From the NCBI RefSeq assembly GCF_021869535.1, contig NW_026262701.1, positions 37,634,001 through 37,698,000 of the forward strand: a stretch of 64,000 nt of DNA. Reading direction: 5' to 3'. The notes beneath the pieces are model-generated. The model was given only the letters and a program-made list of their open reading frames with translations, searched no databases and had not been told where the DNA came from. A program made the translations under genes and the position numbers. Positions 11,986-24,234 of this stretch are shown piece by piece. Numbering within the stretch: the first letter of the stretch is position 1; each line of letters opens with the position of its first letter. This DNA comes from Mytilus californianus. Taxonomy: Eukaryota.

Positions 11986-13227
11986 TGATATTTCTTTGGA
12001 TGTAATTTAAAAATGTAAATGCCGAATATTTTTTTAAAAAGAAAATTATTTTAAGAATATATTGCAACCTCTTCATAAGATGGAAATTCAAGGACTGGTA
12101 TTCACCATTTCTAAGGAAATTATAATTTTTACACATGTCTTTATATCAAAGTGACTTCTTTGATTTAAAAAAAAACAACTTTGATTTAAAAAAAACAAAC
12201 AAATGTAGACAGATGAACTTGTTGTACACTACAGGATCAATCACGTTCATGTGCCTTTTCCCCCTTTTGCAGTGTAAATTGTGAATCAATGATTCAGCAC
12301 TCTAAACTCTATAGCTTCGAAACATAGTCACACTTTGCTTATAATTCATATAGTCGTTTTGTTAGGTAATATATGCTATGTTATATGGATTAATAATCGA
12401 CAACTAAACGAACCAATGGACAGACGAACGAACATATTACATTCATTTCAACGTAGTTTACTATCTCGTTATTCAAGATGTAGTATAATGTGTATGAATA
12501 TCCTGTTTGATGTTGTATAAATATATATGTGTGTATTTTCATCAACTGTATATTTGAAAGGGAGTTAACTTTGGTTATTTTCAAGTTAAGAATAATATCA
12601 CCGGTATTATCTCCCTTACTTTTCCTCGTATGCAATATTGTTCGGCACCGATGAATACATTTCTACAAACTATAATTCGTTTTGGTTATACAGTCGATGT
12701 TAAATGTAAAAAGTACCAATACAACTATGAAATAAATTATAATTAGCATCCTCTCTTGTCCCAACATTACACTAAATGTTAGAAGTTTTGCTTACTTTAA
12801 CCTCCTTAAAAGTTGTGAATTTCACATTATTTCATTTAGGAATCACATGGTGTAAAGCTGGACCAGTTTTAATTGCAAATTTCCGTTGGACCACATGACA
12901 AATGGAACCACATGTTAATAAAAAAAATTAATTTGTATATGATATAGTTTTTATAACTGTTTTAAAAATAAAACGAGCATTTATTCGTTCCTTAATGCAT
13001 AAGAGTGAACTTGGTCAATCTTTTGTATGTTTTTTTTTTATTGTAGTTAAGTCAAAATAGTACTAGAAAGTACGATGTTTGAGGAAAACAAAAGTTCTTG
13101 CCTCGTTTGGAACATAGTGCAGCGTAGTCCGTATAAAATTAAGAGCCATTTTATATCATGTATGAATTGTTTTTAACACTAGAATGCATATTAGTAATTT
13201 ATGTGCATTCTCATGTTTTAACAGAAA

Positions 13228-13335
13228 ATGGCAAGATCCAAAGAACAAGGACGAAAACAAAAAACAAAAAAGGCAAATAAAGCTGGAGGTGTCAACAAGG
13301 CAAAGGCAAAAGCAGTTAAAACCAATTTAAAGCAT
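13228..13335 (+). CDS. RBIS: Ribosomal biogenesis factor (RBIS/C8orf59-like), coding exon 1 of 3
   Basis: Acceptor TTTTAACAG at 13224, ATG at 13228, MARSKEQGRKQKTKKANKAGGVNKAKAKAVKTNLKH, donor GTGAGT at 13336, phase 0. KAKAKAVKTNLKH-IN matches human C8orf59 KAKNKAKPVTTNLKK-IN as I recall it. Confidence 0.85.
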
Positions 13336-14218
13336 GTGAGTAAAATCCATTTTAAACATTTTCACATATTTGTCAGATGAAAAGTTGGATCAAATGAACC
13401 ATTTAGTAGCCTTACATTCCGTTTTAAGAATTCTGAGTGGGAGCCTTTTGTAATTGTATCTTTCCCTTATTTGTAAATAAATAGTACTTACGACAGCCAT
13501 TTCCTCAACTTACAGTGAATATTGATTGAATTAAAATGTTTGCGACAAAGAATCCCCCCGAATGTGAGTTTTCGTTCATTTGAACCACTTTCATGCAAAA
13601 GCAGTAAGAATTATAAATCGTGTTAGTCTGTATTTACATTTCTATGCAGTTTTATGGCTTATTGTTTGTCTTTCCGTATTTCTTTTAATACCATTAGGTT
13701 AATTGTCCTCTTCGTCCTCATTATCATGATCATGGTGTTAGCGTTCTTTTTTAATTTGTGATTTTGTATTGTCTCCTTTGCCTCCTCTTCTTCGACTGAG
13801 ACTTCAAACAGTTTGTCTGTGTTATAAACTAACAAAGGACTATATTCACACGCCATAATCTAATTAATGCATTCTGCGCAATAAATGTAAAAGCATACAC
13901 CGAGTTTTTTTATTTGTATTCTTTAACAGCGCTCTTAACAATGCATTTCAAACCAATGACGTATCATTGATTCATTTTGGTTTACAAACAATACAATTAT
14001 TAACAATCAGTTGGATTCTAAAAAAGCGAATTGTGACACCATCATCGTTTTCTGTGATTCTTAACTCAATGCTACTAAACTTGCAAGCGTATTATTATTG
14101 AAAATTCAGCACTGGTATTCCAAAGAGTATATGTATAGTCTTGTTTGATATCTTTGGTGGTACGTGCAACCGTAATGATTATGTTGTATAACCGAACAGA
14201 CATTTTATCATATTTCAG

Positions 14219-14332
14219 ATAAATTTGAATAATAAATCAAAAACAGAAGAGGCTAATAAAAAGTTTGACGAAATGAGAGAAGAAATGATAGGCGATGTAA
14301 AAAAAGAACAGAAAACAGTGAAGAATACACAG
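14219..14332 (+). CDS. RBIS: RBIS-like, coding exon 2
   Basis: TATTTCAG| acceptor, 114 nt encoding INLNNKSKTEEANKKFDEMREEMIGDVKKEQKTVKNTQ, CAG|GTAAAA donor, phase 0 at both ends. Confidence 0.85.
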
Positions 14333-14385
14333 GTAAAATCAAGGTCACTAATTACAGTTATTTGGATGTACCAAATCAGTAAAAC

Positions 14386-14818
14386 GATACATCCCGCCAT
14401 TGTGTCATTGTGCTATGGTCATTTTTGTATTCTTTGTCCATAGAGTGTCCATATGACATTTTTGTTTTTCTTTGTTGAAATAGTAATTTATATTATAGTG
14501 ATTAAGATTATAACACAATGTTGACTGCTGTACCTCAATTTTTGACATTTTTACCTATTATGTCTGTTTCTTTTGCTCACGCATTGTTGTCAATATAATG
14601 GAATTCTATGCGACTGTCGTATAAGTGAGAGGTTTAACTGCTATAAAACCAGGTTTAATCACCATTTTCTACATAAGGAAATGCCTGTACCAAGTCAGGA
14701 ATATGACAGTTGTTTTGCATTCGTTTGATGTGTTTGAGTTTTTGATTTTGCCATTTGATAAAAGACTTTCCCTTTTGAATTTTCCTTGGAGTTCGGTATT
14801 TTTGTTATTTTACTTTTT
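14386..14818 (+). mobile_element. Solo 3' end of the Penelope-like element (family C) in RBIS intron 2
   Basis: Colinear with 21850-22318 and 26930-27308 (ATACATCCCGCC...GACTGCTGTACC...CCTGTACCAAGTCAGGAATATGACAG...GGTATTTTTGTTATTTTACTTTT), without RT sequence. Confidence 0.85.
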
Positions 14819-15599
14819 ACATCTGTTCATTTATAGTTCTGAATTTTAAATTAGTTAAAATTAAAATGTTCTTAAAAATTAACTTTTGAAAAGATTTGAA
14901 CTATTGTTCCAATTCTTTCCCAAGGAACCACCCTACTAAACAGGAATTACCCAGATCAGCTATTAAATCTATATCACTGAGAGATAATTCCCAACAATTC
15001 TCATGTCTGTGTACATATGGATTATATTTGTGATTGTTACAGATATCTGAATATTTTATTTACCTTTTTCTAAATACAAAAACAAAAAACTTAAGGTAAA
15101 AAGAACAACAACTGAAAATAAGAGGCTATAGCTTAGAATAAACAGTATTAATTACTTAATTGAAATTAACTTTCCAAACTTTCAAAGTTTAAGTGCAAAA
15201 CCTTTATGTATTTATGTGAATTTTAGCAAACAACTATGCTCATAATGTTTTGACTTTAAGAGAAAGAAGTTTTGACACATCAAAAAGATTTTCATATGAG
15301 CTACTAGTATTATTATCTTCCTAAAAAAACTCAAGGCTCTTTCTCCATTTACAGGCAACAATAGCAAAATAAAAAAAGATACATAAAGTAAAACAAAAAG
15401 TAAACATTTTTTTTAACAAAAACACACTAAATAGGTAATCAACAAATAAGATAAAGTATATAAATTATGGGGTAGGTTCTTGTGAAATATCACTTCTAGA
15501 CCATTTTGGTTGTGGTAGCGACCGAATGCAATAGTCATACCATGAATAGCCAACTTATATTTTGCCAACTATAAAATTTTTTAATGCAGTAGGCAAGAA

Positions 15600-15750
15600 T
15601 ATGATATAAATAAGGATATGTGGTATAAATGCAAATGAGACAACTATCCACCTCAGACCAAAGGACAAGGATGTAAGCAACTATAGGGCACTTTACGACC
15701 TTCAACAATGAGCAAAACGCATGTCGTATAATAGCTATAAAAGGTCCCAA
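15600..15750 (-). mobile_element. Fragment of dispersed repeat family A
   Basis: AAATAAGGATATGTGGTAT...GAGACAACTATCCAC...CCTTCAACAATGAGC...GCTATAAAAGGTCCC, the reverse complement of the end of 35410-36108. Confidence 0.75.
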
Positions 15751-15989
15751 CATAATTTCTTTTATATAAGTTTGAGATATCTTGTTCAGTATTATATACT
15801 TCTGTCACATTGTACTGGAAAGGAAGAAATAATAATGGGAGCTTTTTTACAACATCAAAACTTTTCTAAATTTTTATAAAATTATCAAGTGTAAACAGGA
15901 TTATATTTGTATTGTTTGAATTCTTATGCAGGAAGAGTTTATATAGAAATTAAAATTGTGATAATGCCTTGTGATTTTTCTTGAAGCAG

Positions 15990-16073
15990 AAAAAGACCTC
16001 CAGTTTAAATTCAAGTGTCAGTATGGAAGATACAACAACAGAGTTTGCAAAATTAGGATCTGATGCTACATGA
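15990..16073 (+). CDS. RBIS: RBIS-like, coding exon 3 (terminal); protein 101 aa
   Basis: TTTTTCTTGAAGCAG| acceptor, KKTSSLNSSVSMEDTTTEFAKLGSDAT*. VSMEDTTTEFAKL resembles the human C-terminal VNVDEATRLMALL, and total length matches the ~100-aa family. Confidence 0.8.
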   Translation, partial: KKTSSLNSSVSMEDTTTEFAKLGSDAT

Positions 16074-16806
16074 AGAAGCTGTATGATTGATGAATTACAT
16101 AGCAAATCAACATTTTAAAGACGGATTATTTGGTTTTCTGATTGAACAATATATCCAACATTATAACAAAATACATTAGCTTACATAAATTGAAATATAA
16201 AATAATTTTTTTGTTACTTACATGTTAATGTATGTCTAGATTCTGGAATTTCTTCATGTATTTACTATTGCTATTGTTGAAAAATGAACAAAAATGTTTA
16301 ATTGAATATTACGATTTTAGGAAAAGTCGTATACAAATGATGGTATCAAAGTTTAAAAATGCGAATCTTTATTTTGAAAAACCTTAACCTAATGCAATTT
16401 TTGCAGTGATAAAAACCTGATAAAAAATCTATGACAGGTGTGTATATATTTTGTAATTGCTTTTCGATTATATAATTTAGCTTCAACCTTTAATTTATTT
16501 TATAAAAATAGGAGATGTAGTATGATTGACAATCAACTATCCATTCAAGATCAAAGGACAAAGAAGTAAACAATTTTGTTCATTGATTTAACATATTGTG
16601 GAGCATTCAATTTTCTTATAAATCTAAAAGCTAAAAATAAGAAATCTCATTTAGTGTAATATATGGGCTTTTCAAACATTTATTTGAAACCATATTTTTG
16701 AATTTGATACTTGATCAAGTTTATATGAGCCAAAACTTAAATAATGTAAGAAAATGGACGCGAACCAGCTAAGAAGACCTTATATATATCTTTTCAACTT
16801 TTTTCT

Positions 16807-17300
16807 TCAGGATGGTCAAGGCCCTTTAAACTGAATTTTGGACGATTTTTAATTTGCAAAGTGACACTTTAAGCTCTCCTTAAATTTCGAAGATGGAATG
16901 TTACTGTGAAATCTTTTTGATATTACTGCATCTGTATATAGTCTAATTGTTAGCCAAATGTTTTTGACATTGAAATACCAGGATTTATGCGGTCTCCGGT
17001 ACACGTTTGCAATATATTTTGAATATCAAATTGGCTTTTTGAGTCCTCCGTACATATGAAAGACAATAAGTTTCGATAAATTCCACTGGTTGACATAAGT
17101 ATCTAACTATCTATATGTTAGCTAACTCTGTGCATAATGTTATGAAGATCGAATTATCAGGATGGTCTAGGCAATGCCCTGGGCCCTTTTACCTGAATTT
17201 TTGACGATTTTTGTAAAGTGAGACTTTAAGCCCTCCTTACATATCAAACTGGCACTTTGAGTCATATGTACGTATGGAAGACAAAAACAAATGTTTCGAA
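16807..17300. repeat. Local direct duplication with a large internal indel
   Basis: CAGGATGGTC..GGCCCTTT..CTGAATTTT.GACGATTTTT..AAAGTGA.ACTTTAAGC.CTCCTTA..ATATCAAA.TGGC..TTTGAGTC..GTAC.TATG.AAGACAA occurs at 16807-17080 and 17158-17300. Confidence 0.7.
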
Positions 17301-17726
17301 AAAGGCCTTTTTTTGTTTTTATTAGTTACATCTGTTCATATTTTCACATGTTATTGGAGTGTCCGTTCGTTATCGTATATTAGAATATCATGTTTTTAAA
17401 AGATTGCATTTTCCTGACAAAAATCAATAAATTTTAAAAAGAAAATTGAGATTGACGTAAGGGTTTGTATTCAAGTACAAAGAGAATCGATGATAAGTTG
17501 TAGAGGTCTCAACACAATTTCCTGCATTTCATTTTACTCCTTTTAGCTATGACAACATTTTTTTTTTATTTTATCCAATATTCAAATTTTATTACTTCTA
17601 ACTAAGAAAATTTGAATATCGAACCGACTGCTAGCAGCCAGTTGGATATCGAATAACTAGTAAAAACTGGCCGCTAACTTTACATACTAGTACACAACAA
17701 AGTAATCAACGAAAATGATTATATAT

Positions 17727-17878
17727 AAAAATAAGAAGATGTGGTATGCTTGCCAATGAGACAACTCTCCATAAGAGATCAAACGACACAGAAATTAACA
17801 ACCACAGGTCACCGCACGGCCCCCAACAATGAGCAAAGCCCATACCGCAGAGTCAGCCACAAAAGGCACCGAAATATG
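17727..17878 (-). mobile_element. Fragment of dispersed repeat family A
   Basis: AAAAATAAGAAGATGTGGTATGCTTGCCAATGAGACAACTCTCC...CAACAATGAGCAAAGCCCATACCGCA, near-identical to the reverse complement of 35960-36108. Confidence 0.85.
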
Positions 17879-18124
17879 TATATATGCACACAACAACCGA
17901 TGAGTACAAGTTACGTAAAATAATCAGCATTTATCATTCCATTTGGTCCCGTTAAAAATCTCTTCCCTTCTTGTTCTTCTTTTTCCAAATACAGTTCAGT
18001 CCACCATCTGGTGTATTATCGAACTGATGCGTGGTGCAGACAAACCAATATTTATAGTGCAGTTAAAAACCAGTATGTACAATTAAAATCTTGCAAACAT
18101 TTCTTAACACAACTTTGTTTTCTG

Positions 18125-19905
18125 GAACTCACACTTGAAGGTGTCGATTTAGTTTCAGGCTACAGTAGTTGATGGCAGGCTGCTAATCGGATGGTGTCAG
18201 AAGAACAAGCGCAGGTTGTACCATTTCCAGGTTATGAATGTTGTTGGTCGTGTGTGGATCCCATATGATGCTGGCATACTCCATCTGTGGTCTTGAGGGG
18301 GTCTTATAGAAGAGTTCTTGGTCTTGCGTGGGTACTGGTATATGTTTCTCTGCAAGAAACCCTGGTGTTGTTGGCTTTCCTCACAACTTTGTTTATGTGG
18401 GTACTCCAGTTCAGTTAATGGTGGATGTCTGCTACCAGATATTTAGCAGATTCAACTTCCTCTAAGACATTGTCATGGATGCTATATGGTTGTCTTATAG
18501 GTTTTCTCTTATTGGTTATATGTATGACTTAGCATTTGTTGGTATGGAATTTTAGGCCAGTCATTCTCCTATGGTCTTCGTCTCTGTTGTTTTTTCTTTG
18601 CAGGAACAGAACGCAATCATCGGCAAAAAGTCAAACTGATGATTTGTTGACTGTAATCTGGTAGGTCGTAAATGTATAGTAGAAATAATGTGAGACCCAG
18701 GACGGTGCCCTGTGGAACTCCAGATTAGACATGTGTAGTCTCAATCTAATTAAAATATAGTTCTCTGATCTCGTTATACTCATATACTATATATACGAGT
18801 ACGCGAGTTAATATGGATCAGAATTTTAATCAGATTGGTGCAGTGTTGGATCTTCCGGTTTCGAGGACGATGTGATGTGTTCTCTCGTGTAGAAAATCTT
18901 TAATCAAGCTGAGAAGATTGCCCCGTATTCCATAGTTATGTAAATTATGCATTAGTCTTCTATGTGGTACCTTGTCAAACGCGTTGAAAAAGTTCAAATG
19001 CATGACATCTGTTTGTGCGGTCTTGCCGACTGTTTTGGCAAGATCCTGGACAGTGATGGTTTATTGTTATTCACAGGATCGGTGTTTACGGAAGCAATAC
19101 TGTGCGTCATTTAGAATGGTGTGTTTTTAATTGTCTCATGATGCTGCTCGTGATGATATGTTCAAGCATTTTACAGGTAATTGATGTGAGTGAGACAGAC
19201 CTGTAGTTTTCTGGGCGGTTCTTGGTTCCCTTCTTAAATATAGGTACCACACTGCCTTCTTCCAGTCCTTTGGGATAGCTCCTTGGTTAAAGGATGCCTG
19301 GAAAACTGAAGACTGTCGCTATTTCAGTGCCTAGAAACAGTCTAGCTGACAATCCATCTGGTCCAGTTGCTTTGTGGTATTGGAGACCTTGCAGTAGTTT
19401 TGTTATACCTGGTTCTGTGATGTTTATGTTAAGCATATTAGAGAATGTCAATCTACCCATTGATTTGGTGTTGTCTTCTGGCGCGTTGGAGTTAAACACT
19501 TGAGAATTGGTTGTTCAAGATGTTAGCTTTTGCAGTTGTTTCAGATATGTTAGGCTATCTGTTGCTTTGAGGGGTGCCACTTCTCTGTTTCTTTTTTACT
19601 GTTGATAAAACTCCAGAAGCGTTTCGGATTTGTGGTGCAATCTGGTGATATTATGTTGGTGATGTAATCATTATAAGTCTTTGTGCATGCTGTTTTTGTG
19701 CAGTTTCAAGTTGTTGGTGTTTTTTTCTTGTCCCTTGATTTACTTGAGGAGCTGACCCTGTTAAAGTTCCTTTTCTTTCGTCGTGACAGTGCTTTTATCT
19801 CTTTTGTAATCCATGGTTGACTAAAGCGGCTACTAGTCATCTTTGATGGTACTGATTAATTTAAGATGTTAGTAATTGCCGTGCTGATGTCTAACCATTT
19901 TTTTT
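18125..19905 (-). mobile_element. Decayed non-LTR retrotransposon ORF2 (CR1/L2-type RT), 5'-truncated
   Basis: Minus-strand fragments across frameshifts: VPSKMTSSRFSQPWITKEIK, KATGPDGLSAR, DKVP-like motif near 18970, SGVPQGTVLG, FADD at ~18620, YASIIWDPH-like near 18260, and C-terminal LPSTTVA..IDTFK. Many stops. Confidence 0.85.
18742..18837. mobile_element. ~96-bp fold-back insertion inside the LINE RT
   Basis: CAATCTAATTAAAAT/ATTTTAATCAGATTG, TCTGATC/GATCAGA and CTCGTTATACTCATATA/TATACGAGTACGCGAG form nested inverted pairs just upstream of SGVPQG. Confidence 0.6.
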
Positions 19906-19907
19906 TA

Positions 19908-22318
19908 TCGATGTCAGCATAATGTATTAGTCTAGAAATTGTTGTTGGAATTCTGTTCCTATTGTATCCTACATGTACACCAAAACTATTGCACCGAAAG
20001 TATTTAACTATAAGCAAGCATTGTAAGCAAGCATTGCAGTATCTTGATTTAGAAGAAGACATACAAAACACCTCTGACGTGACTGTTCCCACTCGTCATG
20101 TTATTACTGGGGATCTTAACATAATTCAACACGAACATCTTTGAAAGGTGATATCTCAAAGTCCTAAATTCAGAGAACCCAAACACATCAATTGGAGCCA
20201 TAACTTCAAAAATAATTATGGATTCCATTGAGGACTACGCCAGAGCATGGGCTAAACGAGAAGAAGTTGAACTGGAAAATTTGTCAGAATAGGTAAAAGC
20301 AATGAGGTCTCTGATAAAACGTCCAATCCAAAAGTTATAAAACTATGTTAATGATCGACCAAAGTCCGTATTCAGAGACAAAGAATCTGTGAAATGTCCA
20401 TCATCTCTTCACGATAAATATGTTGTTGTTCCTGCGGACAAAGCTTCAAATAATATTGTTTTTGTATGTAAATCATACTACTACGAGTGTCTTGTAAAAG
20501 AATTAGGAATAAATGAACACTCAGGAAATCCCACATACAAATACATCATTTGACAAGGATGAGATTCTGGCGAATCATACACTAGTCCTTCATGGCTTCA
20601 ATGAACATAACATTGAACAGCAACTATGAGTACCGTCTTTGTATTGGATACTTTAGCTTCACGAAATTCCATACAAACAACGGTACATTTCCGGCTCATC
20701 TGCATGTTCTACAAAGGAATTGTTCATTAGATTGACAAAAAGTGTCCGCAATGTAAGAAGGTCTTCCTAAAATCTGTGAAACTGTTTACTCGCGTAATGT
20801 GTGAATTCTCAAAAACCTCTTTTAAGATAATTTTAAATCTCGATCTTTCTCTGAAATTAATTCTAGCAAAACCTTTGATTTTTCAACCCTTTATACCACC
20901 ATTCCCCATGTGAACTAAAAAAATCGTCTAAAATAAATAATCCACAATGCTTTTCAATATAAAAATGGTAGCATACGCTATATATATTTATTGCTTTGGG
21001 ATACCATACGGCATATTTTGCTAAAAGTGAACAAAAAGGTAAAACATGCTACACTGAGGAACAAGTGATCAGTATTCTGGAGTTTCTTTTTGACATCATA
21101 TTTCAATTTGTTGAATTGGACATTGACATTTTCAACAAATTGTCTGTATTTCTATGGGAACGAACTGTGCGCCTCTTCTTGCTGACCTCTTCTTATTTTC
21201 ATATGAGACGGAACGTCAAAAACAAGAAGATTAAAGAATTTCACATTCAGATATATTGATGATGTTCTTTCCATTAACAATCAAAACTTTTCTGATTGGG
21301 TTCCATCAATATATCTTCCAGAACTAGAAATTAAAGAAACAACAGACACGACTCTCTCCGCCTCATTTTAGACTTATACCTCAAATTTGACATAAGCGGT
21401 CATCTCAGTACCAGAATCTATGACAAACAAGACGATTTTAATTTTGAAATTATAAATTTCACCCACCTTAGCTGCAATACACCAACTTCACCTGCATATG
21501 GGATATACATTTCCAAACTGATTGGGTATTCAAGGGCTTGCAGCTACTACTCAGACTTTATAAAATGTCAACAGAGGCAGGGCAGAAAGTTGATGAACCA
21601 GGGTTATGTCAAAGAACGTCTCGTCCTTTCATTTTAAAAAAGTTCATCGGAAGATACCAAGACCTTGTTAATAAATATTCCGTATCAACTTCACAAGTAA
21701 TACATGATGATCTTGCAGTATAGATTCTAGGTACTGACGTTGTTTATCATCTTAATAACGTGTTGGAGTGTTCTTTTTATTTTTCTGTGTATATTTTTAA
21801 CCTTTACTGTTTAGCCCATTTTTGGTAATATTCTTTTGGCGTGGCTCGGTATTTATACATCCCGCCGTTATGTAATTGTGCTATGGCAATTTTTTGTATT
21901 CTTGTCTTTCATTTTTGCTTATGTACTTTGTCTATAGAGTTTCTATATGCCATAAAGTTTTTCTCTGTTGACATATTTGTTTGTTTTTATGGTGATTAAG
22001 ATTAGAACACAATGTTGACTGCTGTACCCAAATTTTTGACATTTTTACCTATTGTGTCTGTTTGTTTTGCTCACACATTGTTGTCAATATAATGGTATAT
22101 ATTCCATGTGACTGTCATACAAGGGAGAGGTTTATGTAGCTATAAAACCAGGTTTAATCCACTATTTTCTACATGAGGTAATGCCTGTACCGTCATGAAT
22201 ATGACAGTTGTTTTCCATTCGTTTGATGTGTTTGAACTTTCGATTTTGCCATTTGAAAAAAGACTTTCCGTTTCGAATTTTCCGTGCAGTTTGGTATTTT
22301 TGTTATTTTTACTTTTTT
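19908..22318 (+). mobile_element. Decayed Penelope-like retroelement, copy 1 (RT plus 3' UTR, no C-terminal GIY-YIG)
   Basis: Broken frames give PIVSYMYTKTIAPKVFNYKQAL, HVITGDLNII, PKFREP, PADKASNNIVFVCK, KTFDFSTLYTTIPH, NCAPLLADLF, FRYIDDVLSINN, TRIYDK.DDFNF.I.NF and GYVKERLVL. The ORF ends IHDDLAV* at 21723, followed by a ~600-bp UTR. Confidence 0.9.
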
Positions 22319-22862
22319 ATAGTTATCTTGTAACATTTTTATACGTATGAGCAACTTTGATAATATTCTTGTGTATTGTTTGATATTCGGTATCGTTGAT
22401 AGTATTATTAAGTCTTTGCTGAACGTTAAGTATAGTATTATCATAGTTTGTTTTATATCTCCTTTCCTACTAAGCCCTATATATTTTGCTATTTATCTAC
22501 GCACAAATTGAACTGTTCTTGACTTATATATTTATGTACAATTCTAAATAAAGCGGGAAGTATTTTGTTGTATCAATTGTTACATACGGATGATGGAACA
22601 ACATCTTTTTTGTCATTGTCTTTAACTTTATAAACCACATGTATTCCGGATTTCCAGATACCGGTATATATAGACCATCTTTGTGAAGGTCGCTCTTAAT
22701 GTCTTTTCGCAATAAAAATATATCTTTTTTTAGATTTTTTTTTATTAATAAATCTACGACTCAATTCCACGAATAAGTTTTTAGTTTGCAGCGAAGTGAC
22801 ATGATGGCAAATTATATATAAAATGACCCCCTCCCCCCTAACACTGATCTTCTTTTAATATC

Positions 22863-23416
22863 TATAAAATTGAGAATGGAAATGGGGAATGTGTCAAAGA
22901 GACAACAACCCGACCATAGAGCAGACAACAGCCGAAGGCCACCAATGGGTCTTCAATGCAGCGAGAAACTCCCGCACCCGGAGGCGTCCTTCAGCTGGCC
23001 CCTAAACAAATATGTATACTAGTTCAGTGATAATGGACGTCATACTAAACTCCAAATTATACACAAGAAACTAAAATTAAAAATGATACAAGACTAACAA
23101 AGGCCAGAGGCTCCTGACTTGGGACAGGCGCAAAAATGCGGCGGGGTTAAACATGTTTTTGAGATCTCAACCCTCCCCCTATATCTCTAGCCAATGTAGA
23201 AAAAAACAAACGTACAACAGTACGCACAGTAAAACCCAGTTTAAGAGAAGTCCGGGTCCGGTGTCAAAGTAGGAAACAAAAGAAAATAATCAAAATGACA
23301 ATAATACATAAATAACAACAGACTACTAGCAGTTACTGACATGCCAGCTCCAGACCTCAATTAAACTGATTGAAAGATTATGTCTTCATCCTATGAATAT
23401 CAGGCACAATCCCTCC
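22863..23416 (-). mobile_element. Dispersed repeat family B, long copy
   Basis: TATAAAATTGAGAATGGAAATGGGGAATGTGTCAAAGAGACAACAACCCGACC..., reverse complement of 63486-63759. Contains TCCTGACTTGGGACAGG at 23112-23128. Confidence 0.85.
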
Positions 23417-23554
23417 TGTTAGAATGTTTTCATGTAATATATTGTTTAACGAAATCATGGAGATACCTTTATTGTTAGGAACTTTCCTGTAGATGTTTAT
23501 AACATGATGTCTTTGCTACGGTGTCATTTTCTTTTGATATACTGTTCATAAAAC

Positions 23555-23718
23555 ATTCAAAGAATTCGAAACACTAATGTGTTTCTATCCCTAGGCATGA
23601 ATGGCGTAAGGTAGGTTTGTCACAACTTTCTTATTTTGTTTTCATCGCTCTTCGTCTTTTAAATGATTTGGCTTTTCAACTATTCTAGCGCCATTGTTGA
23701 GTCTTCTGTAAACGAAAC
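23555..23718 (+). ncRNA. Heavily degraded retrozyme-like copy with decayed hammerhead
   Basis: AGCGCCATTGTTGAGTCTTCTGTAAACGAAAC aligns with the hammerhead at 30279 and 48740, and the upstream ~130 bp follows the reverse complement of 48790-48920. Confidence 0.5.
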
Positions 23719-23903
23719 TGTGATAAAAATTGAAATTAGGAGATATATGTTCATATACAACAAGAAGAAAAATGAGGTATTGAACTGAAAAGATAAAATA
23801 TAAATGCAAAAAGATTTATACAAGTAAGGTACAAGGACTCGGACTTCCTTTAAACTGAGTTTTACTGTGCGTCTTGCTGTGTAAATGTTTATTCCACATT
23901 GGC

Positions 23904-24230
23904 TGGAGGTATAGGTGGAGGATTGAGATCTCACAAAACATGTTTAACCCCGCCACCTTTTTTCGCCTGTTCCAAGCCAGGAACCTTTAGCTTTTTTAAG
24001 TCTTGTGTGTTTTTTTAAATTGTGGTTCATTTGTATGTTTCGGAATTTAGTGTGGCGTTCGTTTCGTTGAACTAATAGACATTATTGTTAAAGGGCCAGC
24101 TGAAGCCCGCCTCCGGGTGCACGATATTGTCGCTGCATTGAAGACCCATTGGTGGCCTTTGGTTGTTTTCTGCTTTTTGGTCGGGTTGTTGTCTCCTTAT
24201 GTACATTAACCGTTTCCATTCTCTATTTTA
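23904..24230 (+). mobile_element. Dispersed repeat family B, diverged copy
   Basis: TTTAACCCCGCC...CCTGTTCCAAGCCAGGAA...GCTGCATTGAAGACCCATTGGTGGCCTT...TTCCATTCTCTATTTTAT. Inverted relative to 22863-23416. Confidence 0.8.
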
Positions 24231-24234
24231 TGAA

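Noticed and set aside
19287-21723. Several 60-87 aa ORFs as independent genes
   Set aside because: They are frame fragments or antisense of the decayed LINE and Penelope-like elements.
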